Shown one piece after another: positions 25,101-37,500 of a DNA stretch of 64,000 bases. The notes under the pieces were generated by a model. That model was not told where the DNA came from. It saw nothing but the letters and a program-made list of their open reading frames with translations, and did no database searches. The stretch is from contig FLMG01001956.1 in assembly GCA_900088475.1 (NCBI GenBank), positions 124,001-188,000 of the forward strand, written 5' to 3'. How positions within the stretch are numbered: position 1 is the stretch's first letter; every line of letters begins with the position of its first letter. A program made the translations under genes and the position numbers. This DNA is from Hyphochytrium catenoides (taxonomy: Eukaryota > Protista > Hyphochytriomycota).

Positions 25101-26890
25101 GTCCTTTGGATCTCGTCGCTCCTACCATATAAAAACGGAAGATGGGAGGACGACGCAAAGCAAGAAAGAGGAAAATTAGAGGAAAATTAGAGAAACACCC
25201 AGTTTCATATGATCTGTTGGAGTCTATGTAAAAGGACGAGATAATGGCGTTTGAGAAAAGTAACTGGTAGTAGACGAAGTTCCATGCCGAACATTGATGA
25301 CAGACCTTCGCCGCATTAAAAGAGGAGACCACGCGCTCATCAATGCTTTTCTTGATAACCCGCATGCATTCCTCTCTGAGGTTTTCTACGGGTGCGTTCT
25401 GCAAGGAAATACTTGTTGGTACATGGGTTTAGGTATAGCTATTTGCTTGTGTTTCAACCTAACCTCAATGCTGGGGACCGAGGGAGATGTCAATACGCCG
25501 TCAGCTTTGTTTATCTCTACATTGGCATCTTCGCCTTTCCTATTTCCAAAAAGTGTCACTTAGTTCAAAAGACCGATGCGTCAATATCCGGTTTGTAACA
25601 CACTTCACGTACGTGTCGGTCGCGCTCTCGATGATCTCGATGACACGAGTCAGGGCTGCTGGGTCATACTGCGCTACCTCGAGTCCGTTCCTAATCGTTT
25701 TCCACATACAATCTTGAATCATCGTGCCCAGCTACATTTCACGATTAGAACTATTGTCACAGAAGCAGTAGCAGCGCCAGACCTCATAGATGTCCTGAAA
25801 GTGGACCCCGAGGACTTGCAGGAGCTTCTTTGACGAGTCATGAGCAGGTGGCTTATAGCCTTTGCTGTCGAGTAGATGATAAGCGATTGGGCCTCTGTTT
25901 GCAGAAGAGAATACTGGGAAATAAGATCTACCTGTTGGCCGTACTTTGCTTGGGCTGTACTGAAGACTTCTTTACCTAGCAGAGAAAGCTCAGCGCTTGT
26001 ACTCTGTAATTGTGCATACTACTATCTCCTTACCTCAGCCAGTACCGCATTCCGCCATTTATCAAGCTTCTGCCACTCCACGTGCACTTCCTTCACCCTG
26101 GACTGATCGGATCTCAGGAGTTCCTTCAGCTCCTTCACCTGAGTGTATGGAAAGTATCCCAAACTGTCTTAGGCGATGCTGAGAGGAGATCTCTGTGTTG
26201 AGAGGCTAACGCACCCTTGTCTGAATAGACTTGTAGAAGTCAACCTGCTGTAAGGCACCATAGATGTTCTTCTTTGCAGCATTTGCAGCCTATGAAGGTT
26301 GGACCTAAGTCAGTCTAGTACCACTTTGTTAAGGTAAAATTATGCATGCCTTTATTTTGGGATGCCCGCCTAGTAGGTCAGACACCTCTGCACAAAGCTT
26401 GTCAATGTTAACAAACCTGCATTTGTGTATGTTAGCTAAATAAAATGCGGTGGCCAATGACGACCTCGAATTGCTAGCCTTACGCATTAGAGAGAGCGTT
26501 AACGTCTGTCGCTGAGGACTGAATAAGTGAAACACCCCGGTGTATGTCATCCAGCTAGAGAAAGCAGAAGGAGTGTTAGTCAGGAAAAGGAAAGGCATAC
26601 GTTCATTCAGGAGAAAGCGTATATGGTTTCCAGAATTTCCTACCTGTGATTGTACCATGGCATGTAGCTGGTTCTCGATCGCAGTAAACTTGCGCTGATA
26701 CTCGGACCGTAGCTCTGGCACCTTAAACAAGAGGTAAGCTAAAAGGAAGGCGAATGAAGCACAATCTTGGTGCGGCAACCTTTTGCAGATCCGAGAGTTC
26801 CTTCATCCGCTTTTGCACCAGCTTTATGGCGTTCCGACGGGCTTCTTCAGTGAGAGCAGCAGTCTCTCCGACGCCTATTATTGTCGCCAT
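22136..26890 (-). CDS. SEC6: Exocyst complex component Sec6/EXOC3
   Basis: LQKVPELRSEYQRKFTAIENQLHAMVQSQLDDIHRG, IDKLCAEVSDLLGGHPKIK, DLEIVKNEMTPCFPEDYQI, KLFTTIPEDTFKFV. Many exons. Confidence 0.92.
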
Positions 26891-28311
26891 TGCCCAGGAT
26901 AGATCTTTTGGAATATCACAGCAAAACCTATCGATCCGGTTGGCAGCAGGTCCCCTCTTCTAATGCACTCTGCCGGATTGGAGAGCCTTGCGGTTAAGCT
27001 CTAGCCTAGAGGAGTAAACCTGCTCTTATGGTGGCATCAGTGGCACTTGTGCACTTTCTCTCTTTCTTGGGGTATCTGCCAGATAAGAACTGCTATAAAA
27101 ACCGCAGTCAAAGTCTTTCCCCGGCTCCGTTGAGAAAGTTGAGATATATTGGTGATGGACCTCTTCCTCCGGAGACAACCTACGAGAGTGGAGTAGTCTG
27201 CTCACCTAAGAGATTGCTAGGCATTCTCTGTCAGATTCAGGTTCAGCAGAAACGCCCTCTGTTCAGTCACCGCAGCAAAAAGAACCTGAGGACCATACGA
27301 GACATACGGCTCTCACCTATAACGAGTCTCTTGCACCCTTGTCATTCAGGGTGACCATCCTCATGAAACGTTAACAGGGCCTTCTTCCGTAGTGAAGATC
27401 TTGAGCCATGAGTGAGGAGGGCTGATCAACAGCGCCATCCATCAACATCAGGGCGCGCGGCAGGTGTAGGAACGGCCCGATGATGATGAATGATGAAGCT
27501 CAAGATTACCCTTCGCCTCCTGTCCCATCGCCCATGCCCTGTTCCAAATACTATCCCCTTTAACTGAGAATATTCTTCATATGGACCAAAGTTAAAGTAC
27601 TAGTAGAGGATCATGGAGACAGGAATCAGAGTCTGATTTATTGCTGGTTACTAATGAGGGTTTGGGTGCCTGTTGTAACCCCTGTCGCAAAAGATGTTCC
27701 CCAGGTTCCGCCATGCGATCAGAAGCTGTTCGCTATTCCTCTGCACTTGATTGTTGGCGCAGGAAGGGAAGGGCGCTCCATCACTGACCGTGCCTTGGAG
27801 GCTCACTGAGATGAGGCGTATCAGGCTCGGGGGAAGAGGCAGCAGGAGGTTATTATCATAGAGACGTAGATCTCATTGAACTTCAAGTAAGGTGTTGGCC
27901 TTCCAGATGGGTCAATTCATATCTTTCCACTGTTTGCAGAACTGAAGAGGACACTCTGGGACATATTATAGGCTATTACCTCCAGAAACGAACTCCGTAC
28001 CGGAAGTGCTAACATCTTCAGCGCAATGAATGGATCGGAGAGAGTAGTGCCTACCGAACCAGCACAGAAGAATGTAAGAGATCACTCAAAACATGTTACG
28101 GAGGACACTGACGAGAAGTTGACCCGTTATTTTGACAGCTGACCAAACGAACTGCGTCCTTTCAAGACCTTTATCGAAGGCCGATAACCCGGGCGTGGTC
28201 GAATATGGTAAGATTGGTAAGATCTCTCTAAGCGCTGAAAGGAGGCCAACTTCTGCAAACTTCAAAACACAGGGCAGTGCAGACGCTATCTATAGGGTGA
28301 CTGCTGGATTG

Positions 28312-29306
28312 ATGGCAGGGCATCACTGGCGAAACCTGGCCCTAAAGGGAAGAGCGCTACTTCATGCCGCCACGTCGCCCTTTGCTAAGATAACCCTCAT
28401 CGGGCTAGTGAATGATACTATTTCCATATCTCTGGCATCCACTGTGGCGGAACTGAAGGAGGAAATATATGCAAAGAGGGGTATTGCACCTCATCAGCTA
28501 GTTCTAGTATGGAGAAAAAGGTGCGTCCTTTATTCCAATAGTGAAAGAGCTAACCTTCCAGGTACTGACGGCTTCCTTTCTCTGTAGGATACTGAAGTCC
28601 GATGTAGATAGCAACACTTTGGAAGCTCTAGGCATGAGTGAGTCTGTCAAGCTATATGTCAGTAGGAGCCTCTTCTCAGCACCCCGACCAACACCTGGCC
28701 GCATCTCTCCGAACGTTGGAACAACTCCCAGGTAACCTGCAAGGCCCACCTGCATTTGCCGGCACTGATTGGCGAAGTTCTAACCCCCGGACATTTCCCC
28801 TTTCCCTTTTCATTTGTCTAGCAAATATAGAAGAACCATTCTCCCTGTCCTCCCTCTTTCCCTCCCTTTGAATGATGCCGACTTGGGAGCCATGAGAGCG
28901 GAACCGGTTGATATTTTGGAGCTTCTCTCTGAAAGGAGACCTAATCAGACAGAGCTTATCGCAGATGGCGCTGGCGCAGAAAAAGGTAGCAAGAGATGCT
29001 GCCTCGGCGATTGCAGAGCGAAATTGAGAATGACAGACACCATTTGTAGATGTGGAGGCAGGTCAGTAAGTCTACGTCCCGGACGCCTCAGTGCATAAAC
29101 TTAACCAGTGGACCACAGGTTCTGTAGCAAGCATCGCCTACCCGAGCAGCACCATTGCACATACGACTGTAAGTTTTCACGATGCTCTATTGGACGGATT
29201 TTGGATCATTCACTTTATCCTCTCTCACGCAGACCGATCAGAGGGTAAAAAGGTGATCAGTAGAGAGAACCCGCAAATATCGTTCTCCAAAATAGCGAAG
29301 ATCTAA
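28312..29306 (+). CDS. Ubiquitin-like domain plus AN1 zinc-finger protein
   Basis: UBL: STVAELKEEIYAKRGIAPHQLVLVWRKR-ILKSD..TLEALG. AN1: RCCLGDCRAKL..TICRCGGR-FCSKHRLPEQHHCTYD-YRSEGKKVISRENP...KI*. Start uncertain. Confidence 0.88.
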
Positions 29307-29421
29307 AGCGCGTTAGAGCCAATCCCACCCAATGGAGCGCAATGACTTATTTGGCCCGAGTCGTGCACAACAGGCGACAATAAATATGACGGAGAGGTCC
29401 GGCGAGTGTGACGTCCTGCGA

Positions 29422-31615
29422 TCAACGTTGTTGACCTTTGCGCTGGCCGAACAAAGATGCGTAAAGTTCGTCGATGTCGATGGCAGGCTCGGTCGCTGGC
29501 CGAGGGTACATGAAGTTCTGGATTTTTGGATGAACAACATAGCGAATCTTCCTGCCCTTGCTTGCCCTTCGGTCAATCTCCTATATTTCCGGGTTTTGTA
29601 AGCAACGCGATGAAAACAGCATCAAAATGGAGTAGAAGTGCCTCTACTGACCTTCTTTGGCTTTCTCACTTTTACTCTTAGCGCTTTTGCTTCTTCCTCA
29701 AGACCTGTACTCCCGCTTTCAATGAACTCTTTCAGAAGCTGCATGAGATAAGACCGTTGGCATGTTAACTCAATTAGTTGTATGATGTTTAACCATGAAA
29801 GCTTGCTAGCCGATTCGAATGTGTTGAGGGTGCTCACCTGATGGTAAAAGTCTGTGTCATCGTATACCTCCTCGTCTAGTCTTTCCTGTCGCCGTCTGCT
29901 TCCATGCTCCGCTACCTCGTCGTCATCATCTTCTGGTGTCACCTGTAGAAAACCTCTTAAGAGGACCGATAACAAGAAGCAAAAATAGTTCTCCCACACA
30001 ATTCAATCTTGACGACAGATCTCTTACTTGCGCTTTCTCTTCCGAAACGACCTCGTCTTCTCGGCCAAAGACTTTATATTGAGAGACCTTGGCAAAAGCA
30101 CGTCGTCTGAAGCGGTCGGTATCGGCTAGTACAGCATCCACCTGCGCCATGACACTCTGATTAAGTGCCTTGAACTTCTTGTTCATAATGGTGCCTGAGG
30201 AGAGCTATAACAAGGTAGAGGATGTTAGGGTCAGAACTTATCAGGGAATGAGGTTCATCCAAACCGACCTGGGTCTTCTTGCTCCACTTGTCAATAGTCT
30301 CATCTCTATATTCCTGGAAATCACTCTCCAACTGGCAAAGCTCATCCCATACTTCCTCGTCTCGGCAATCTAACTTCCGCTTCCGCCCCTTACTTCGCTC
30401 TAAAAGAGCATCTTTTTCCGTCGATGGACTTTTAATCTCAGGATTTCGAGAGAGGAGAATGTGTTCCAGCTCTATGAAGTCTTCAACCAGACCAGCAATA
30501 GAACGTTGTGCCTTCTCAAACGAGTTCTTCAATGCCGCATCGGCTTCTCTAAAAAAAACATGCGTTTCGCCCTGGAGCCAATCAATGACAAGCGGAATAT
30601 AACGGAAGCCACAGCGTCACAGTACGAGGCAATCAGCGAGGGTGTTAGCGCATCAGGAGACGGCCGTCGGTGGGAGGTAACGCAGAGCTCTCGTTGCAAA
30701 GGTTCTTGCTGAAGAGTTCACCTCACCTGCGGTAGGCGGTTGCCAGTATAGAGTAGCTTCTGCATTCGGACTCGTACCTCGAGAAAGTCCTCCCACAGCA
30801 CCTACACGTATTCCGAGTTACTTCATAAGGTCTCAGAAGTTAGGTAGCACGGTAAGAGACACCAAAATGAGTCCAATCTCGACTGAAGTCAGGATAGGGC
30901 GGAGAACCAATAGAGGTGGAGCTTGACCTAAGGCGCAAAGACCCTACCCTTTGGTTTCTCGTGTGCTCCGCCTTTCTGAGGTCATTCTCAGAAGCCTTTG
31001 TTGCGCGAAAGAGAAAGGTCCTATCACTCTCCTCGAGCTCCTGCATCTGTCTGTCAATATCCGAATCTGCAGGATCGTCTTCCTCATCTTCTTCGCTTGG
31101 ACCACTCGTGCCTTCTTCCTCCCCTTCTTTCTCCTCACTCATGTCACTATCTTCTGCGAGATGTCCACCACCAGCCTTATGTTGCAGTTTCTCGCCTCCA
31201 TAGTTATCATCATCACTAATCGCACTGGCAATTTCTTCATTTTCGTCAGTATGATCCTCTTCATCGTCATCGTCGTTGTCTTCACTCTCCTCGTCAAGGT
31301 CCCTTCGTGATACAACTCTTCCTTTGAATGACTTATCGAGCTCAATATCGGCAGAAGCTACTCGAAGAGATGACGGTGCTTGCAAAGTATCATCACCGCT
31401 GTAATCGTGGTCATCCAAAGTATAGTCTTGGAGCAACAGTCTGTAAGAACTCAATCACCAATCAGTTATAACAAGCTTGAGCTACCTGTCGCTCGAGTCC
31501 CGTCATCGTATGCAGAGTCCTCTGGATCGAAGTCAGCAGGTTTCGGATTTGCCAAGTCTGCTAGCTGTTCGGCTAGTGACCGCCTTTTGCTGGCCCTCTT
31601 GGTAAAAGCAACCAT
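29422..31615 (-). CDS. AATF: AATF/BFR2 (SSU processome factor)
   Basis: SLAEQLADLANPKPADFDPED, an acidic tract, KAEHTRNQ, EEVYDDTDFYHQLLKEFI, RRASKGRKIRYVVHPKIQNFM. Confidence 0.95.
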
Positions 31616-32616
31616 CGCGCAGCGGTCTGATCTCTACCTTGCAAGCAGAGCCTCCTAAACTAAGCAGGCTTGGGAGCTGGGGTGGCGCAGTCTGTGAACT
31701 CTACGAAGCTTTTGGTGTGAGAGGCGCCCACAGTACAGCGTTCATCATCTACATGTCATCATGGCAATGCTCGAAACGAAACAGCCTCAAGGAGGAGAGT
31801 ACAGAGAAAGCAAGAAGAGTCAGAACGATGAAGCTTATCGCTAAGAAAGGAATGGCGCCGCTGCAAAGTGACGTTTGCGGCAGCATGACTCCAGGGGGAG
31901 ATCTGTAAGGAGTCTCAAGAGCCGCTAACGTCTAGCATCACCAACATCTTGTCAAAGTCAGCCCATCAGCCGTCATGAGCTGAACTGCAGAGAAAAGCTC
32001 GGCAATAAGAAAGAGCAAGGCGCCGATGAGCGAGGCGGTAGGAGGGAAGCAGCAGCAAGCACCAGACAGCAACTACAAGCGAGCGAGTGATGCCTTGAAG
32101 ATGGCACTGGTCCACTAATAAGCACAGAAAGTTGGTATAGGCTAAGCACCGATTCAAGCGCAGAAAAAAGCCCGAAAGGACAGCCAGGTCCTGGATAAAG
32201 CGAAGGTGGGGAACTGATATCAGGTTGGCCAACGCATTTGCTCAAACCTTTAGCAGAAGAAGAGCATAGGACGCGCCACAGCCAAGTCCTCTACTTTGAG
32301 GCAGAGTCAGACAGGGGAGAAGAAGAGGCAGCGGACGACAGCTGCACTGTCAATAGAAAATATGCTCATTTAGTTGGTGCTAGTAGGGAGTTAGTGCTCG
32401 GGAAAGCCCGGCAGGGTTAGCGGCAGAAATAAGTCTGCTCCAACTAACGCCGCGTTGTTGAAACCACCCAGGTAGACCCGGAGCTTTCGACCTAGAGGCG
32501 ATACCGGTGAGTACAATGCTTCAGTGGTCTACTAATTTCTAAGCACACATGGGAAGTTAACACACTGCTGATGCAGGAAAATCAAAGCCAAAGTGACGTG
32601 AAAGAGGATAGAGATA

Positions 32617-32894
32617 ATGGGACTCATCAGATGGCTGCAAGTGAAGCACTACCAGTATAACCTGTGGACAAGTCTCTATATGCTTGACCCCTGGGAAAGA
32701 GCGCTTTTCAGTATCCTTCACCACAAATTCTTCTACGCTTATCTGCGTCCTGAGACTGACAACACCTCATTTGAAGTCTCCTTGACTCCCTCTAAGACAC
32801 TATAGTGACTCTTGGTACCTTCTGCTTCTGGTACTACGTATACACACGGCTGGACACAATGCGGGCAGCTCTAGGACTGGAAAGCGGACTGTGA
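32617..32894 (+). CDS. SPTSS: Serine palmitoyltransferase small regulatory subunit (ssSPT/SPTSS)
   Basis: YQYNLWTSLYMLDPWERALFN-TIV... is the family motif. One coding intron (~32711-32796); probable 5'UTR intron ~32508-32577. Confidence 0.93.
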
Positions 32895-33085
32895 TGATAC
32901 AGAGACTTCTATTACACTGTCACTAAAGGACGGCCCTATGTCCCAGAGCAGGAAAGCGATAGAGGTACACAACATAGCCTCATTCAAGTACGGGGAAATG
33001 CTCTGGTATATTATTAGTGCTCAGGAATGAGTTAAAACTAGCCGAAGCATCAATAAATAAGGGCCCAGCGTGACATTCATGCTGC

Positions 33086-34588
33086 TTAGATGAGCTCAAT
33101 CTGCACAGCGCCAATGACTACACCCAAAATGCCACCGAGAAGTACGAGCTTCCATTCATCCTCTTGAAAGACAGGGTGAAGAAGATTCTCGAACTCCCGG
33201 CTTGGGAGGTTGCCTACGGATGTCTCTAGAGTCTCTTGCACCTCAAGGGCTTCCATAACATAGGACTGCAAGTGCTCCACGGAGATTGGTAGGAGCTCCA
33301 CAACCTTCTTTGAAAACTCGTCCCTCATCGCGTCATACTCGGCAGAGCCCATGGTAACACGAACAATGGGCTGAAGCTTGCCGAAGCGCTCATCTACTGC
33401 GGCCTCAATGTGGTTGTAGATAAGAGAAACTAGCACATCCGCGCACCGGCCCTTAACCATCGCCTCAGCAATGTTCTGCGGATTTAGAAAGTCACGGGCT
33501 GCAATCCTCGCATACTCCCTGGCAACCTCCTTTTGGTGGCGCAGGAAGAGACCATGGAGCTTCAAACCGCAGATATACACAGGATCAATGGGTCGGAAGA
33601 TCATAGCAAGAGCGATAGCATTGGTGAGAGCCCCAACTACCAAACCAATGACAGGGAAGGAGATAACTCGAAGTAGCATATCATCGTTGATCTGTTCTCC
33701 CTCTGGGGTGTAGTTGTTGACCTGGAAGCCCAAAAAGAGGGCCAACTGCATGACTCCAAAGATAAAGCCCATAGTAGCACCAGAGTTACGGATGAAGGTG
33801 AGTTCCGCATGACCACAGGTGATGAACATCTGGTTCAATAGCTCTGGCCGCTTCTTTCCAGCCTCTACGACCATCTCCTCAATGTCTAGCAGATCTTCAA
33901 TGTTGTTTCGCACGTCATCGATCATCTTCTCGATAATTGGTGGTGCATCCTCGAGAATCTTCTGATACAGCTCTTCCTTTATGCCATTAGGAATCATTCC
34001 CCACAACTTAGGGTTATACTTGGTGGCGATGGCGTCAACCATTTCTTTAGTATGGGTCTGCATCATAGGGCCAAGCTCCTGTGCCACTCGAATGGGCTCA
34101 ACCTTTCCAAACATCTCCTTAACGTTGATGAGCTTCGTGGTCATCAGTTTTACAGCTGTCCGAGCCATCTTCTCCGCCTTGGAAGGCACGATACCCTGCC
34201 AGCCCGGAAGACCAACGTTGGCCCAGGTCTTGCTGTTCTTTAGCTGGTAGAAGCCCTTGAACTCAATGGGGTAGAAAGTCATCCATAGGGCAAGCCAGAT
34301 ATGGAAATAGGTAAATATGACACTGACAAACGGGATAGAGAAGAGAGCCAGGTTGGTAAGTAGGTCAAAGTGTTTCCCCAGCTTTTCTTCCAGCGTTGGA
34401 GTTAAAAGGACTATTGCTCCGATGCACAGACCAGTTACGGCGATCATCACCACCAGCTGCCAACTGCAAGCAGGGATGAGGCCAGGGAACTTGATATCCT
34501 CCTTGGCCCCGCTTTCCAGATTGTCAACCAGATTTTCATCCAGCCTTCTGGGAGTCTCTTCAAGGTTCTTCTTTTGTTTATAGCCCAT
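33086..34588 (-). CDS. DUF445-family membrane protein, intronless, 500 aa
   Basis: WLALWMTFYP...GWQGIVPSKAEKMA; internal repeat TNAIALAMIFRP...HGLFLRHQKEVA; terminal FENLLHPVFQEDEWKLVLLGGILGVVIGAVQ. Confidence 0.88.
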   Translation of the reverse strand: MGYKQKKNLEETPRRLDENLVDNLESGAKEDIKFPGLIPACSWQLVVMIAVTGLCIGAIVLLTPTLEEKLGKHFDLLTNLALFSIPFVSVIFTYFHIWLALWMTFYPIEFKGFYQLKNSKTWANVGLPGWQGIVPSKAEKMARTAVKLMTTKLINVKEMFGKVEPIRVAQELGPMMQTHTKEMVDAIATKYNPKLWGMIPNGIKEELYQKILEDAPPIIEKMIDDVRNNIEDLLDIEEMVVEAGKKRPELLNQMFITCGHAELTFIRNSGATMGFIFGVMQLALFLGFQVNNYTPEGEQINDDMLLRVISFPVIGLVVGALTNAIALAMIFRPIDPVYICGLKLHGLFLRHQKEVAREYARIAARDFLNPQNIAEAMVKGRCADVLVSLIYNHIEAAVDERFGKLQPIVRVTMGSAEYDAMRDEFSKKVVELLPISVEHLQSYVMEALEVQETLETSVGNLPSREFENLLHPVFQEDEWKLVLLGGILGVVIGAVQIELI

Positions 34589-37500
34589 GGCTGCAAGTAA
34601 AGAAGTCTGTCCGACTCACAAGCTGATCTAAAGAAGCTTGCTGCTCAGTGCTATAATGCAAATGGAAAAACAGATTATGGCAGCAGGATGCATCTGCCCC
34701 CTTTTACGGCGATCCCATGAAGACCGACTCTACGATATTGCAAGTAGTAGTTCTAGTAGTGAATCCTCCCTAGGCTGACAAACCCTTGTTTCCCTCCCTT
34801 TCCGCTGATATCTATGCCAAGGTCCTTGTCCAGGGCAGGCAAGATGCACAGTAGGAGAGGCTGTTATAGAAATCGCATTCTACTGGTACATAGCGGGGAC
34901 TGAATGAGGTAGCTGCCTCACACCTTCATTCCACTGTCAAGGATGTCCAACGTCCTACCGACTTTGGGCGAGGGGCTTCAAAAATTTGAGATACGGAGCA
35001 GACTTTCCGAAGAAGAAAGCTTCTGCGCAGAACGAAGACCAGAAATTACTATCAATTGAGTCTGCGTCTGCTGGATGCTCTCACAATCACGCTCTCTGTA
35101 GCTAGAGAGCCAGAGGTTTCCACTATGACACGCTTTCAGAAAGTCAAAAACCATGGTCATGATCTCCATCTTTCCATTGGCTGCCCTTAGGTTCTTCCAA
35201 ACAAAGCTCTCAATAGAACTATCATACAACAGGCCCCATATCCTCGAGGTGAATGTTCTCTTCCACTTCCTGTCTCTCTTGCTTTCTCACGCTTTCTTCG
35301 CTATTGTTTGACAGTAGCCCTCGTTCTCTCTGTCTCTCGGACTGTCTGTCGTTTATTCCTACCTCTTGTAGTGACAGCAGAGAGTCAGTCCGCCGCCTCC
35401 GCTCCACCTGTTGTTATGGTCACTTTCTTATCCCTGTCAATGGTCAAAGCATCTCCCTTAGGCCCTCCCTGATTGGTCAATGGCATAATAGACACAAGGG
35501 TTCTTCTGAGGGAGACAATGTAGGAAATAGCAGATCCGGAGAGATGGCTCTGTCAGAGTTTAGTCTCCAGAACCGAGAATAATCCGGATTTATGCATGTG
35601 AGCCATTACAGCTGTTTGTCAGCTTCCTTTAAGATTCACTTATTCTTGAATATAGCACTTCCTATTCTTCCATGGGAGCCATAAGGCATTAATGTATTAG
35701 TGATAGCAAATGTAAGCCTAAATAGCCTCTAGCTCTCTAAACCGATTCCGCAATCGCCCCATTATAGGCCTCGGTCATCTTCCTGATTGCACGAGAAGAA
35801 TGGTTGAGGACAAATAGAGCTTCAGTTTGCCTTCTCGGAACCCACCCTCCTCCATCATCTAAGGCCTACCTTTACAATTTACGGAGTACAAAGGTATGGA
35901 ACCCCATCATACAGACAAACAGAAGGTTCAGGACTCACACACTCTTCCACACACCTTAGTTCATAGGGGAAATAGTAGAAATCGTAGAAGAGTGCAAGCT
36001 CTTCTTCTATGAGAACCTCTTTAATGTTTCCAAGAAAGTGAGTGAGATGCCAAGTTGAGTGGAACTATGACAGACTCTGGAAAAAAGACTTTAATGTGAT
36101 TTTGGCGCGTTGAATCGACAAGTGTCACAGGTTGACTTGCATGCTTTGGACATGCCATGATCCTACCTTATTAGGACTTGAAAGAGACATGCTTCGTACC
36201 CTTTGATACTTGTACAGAAAGGAAAACGCTTCATAATCTTGTTCCACATGCTTCTTTGACTTGAGCGCCAGTCATTGGCGCCGTTAGAGCTGGTCACCAG
36301 AGACAAGCAAGTATTGCTGATGATTGACTCAGCGTGCCAGTCAGCTTTCAGGTCCTTGTTGACTTCTTGTTCATGCAAGTTGGTACGATTCTTTAGAAAG
36401 CCTGGCAGACAACAGCTGAGAGGACAATACTCATTCATCAGGTGGACCCTTTCTAATGGTTGTTCTAGGCGTATGCTTGTCACATTGTCAGATGCAAGTT
36501 CAAGCACCTTGAAGTTTAATGATGAAGATTGACAGCAATTGACTTCTAACCACAGCGCAGGGTTAGCTTCAAACCGTAGCATATAGAATATGATTGCCAT
36601 GTGCTTGATTGTGTCTTTTTATAAATGCGAAAGACTATGATGACCCATCGTTTTATTAATCATAGAGTGAGAGAAGAAAAGAAGATGCGACCATACAAAC
36701 TGCTGACAGAGGCTGTTGTTGACATGTACTGCTATGTTGTTTCTTCATCATCTGTGACCTTTTACAAGTCGCTCTCCTGACATCCTTGTCATCCATAGTA
36801 GTAGTGCTTCCTTCTTTGATCAGCTAGCCTTGACATCACCTCCTGTACTGTAATGGTGGTACACCTAAAAACAGTTTTGATGAAGAAGAAAAACTAACAC
36901 CACCAGATAAAGAAGCAACAAGAAAGAAGGAACTTCAAAAGCAGCGAAGGAAGCAGCCACCTACAGACTAGAGAGCCATGTCGTCAATCAGTTACTGTGT
37001 GATGGTATTGTCACCTGTCCAGGAATCCAGGAATCTTCATGTCAGGGTTATTATCAAGAAAACTGCTGTTAGTCGCTGTTCTGGAGGGCCATAGGGTAGG
37101 GATGATGCCTTTTGTGGCTAGCTAACAGCTCTAATATAGGACTGATTCTAGAGACAAAGAGATCTTATCATAGGAAGAATTAAGATCAATACATGGCAGT
37201 GCGTCCAAGCTATAGTGCGGCCTCATGTCTTCATATACGAGCTCCGAAGAAGGGTGCCTACATCCTCCGGCCTCCGCTCTTCGGCTCTTGCATAACAAAA
37301 CAGTAAATTCTTGAGAAAAAATAGAGAGTAAGACCTCTTCACGTCTTCTTCCTGACATCGCCAGCCCTCTTCCGTTGCTCCCCAAGGGTTTTAGTTAGTT
37401 GCCGCTTCGCCTAGAAAATATCACTCTTTGAATAGGACTCCGCCCATTACAGACCTTCTGCTTCTTTTTAGTGAGAAGTATGTCCTTCTGCTTCCATTAA

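Noticed and set aside
27028-28300. 108-aa ORF and splice-like signals between SEC6 and UBL-AN1
   Set aside because: No consistent reading frame or recognisable motif; may be UTR introns.
30916-31345. Several overlapping ORFs with poly-Ser or hydrophobic runs
   Set aside because: Shadow frames of the acidic AATF exon.
31966-32420. Short ORFs between AATF and SPTSS
   Set aside because: No family motif or exon chain; likely divergent promoter/UTR.
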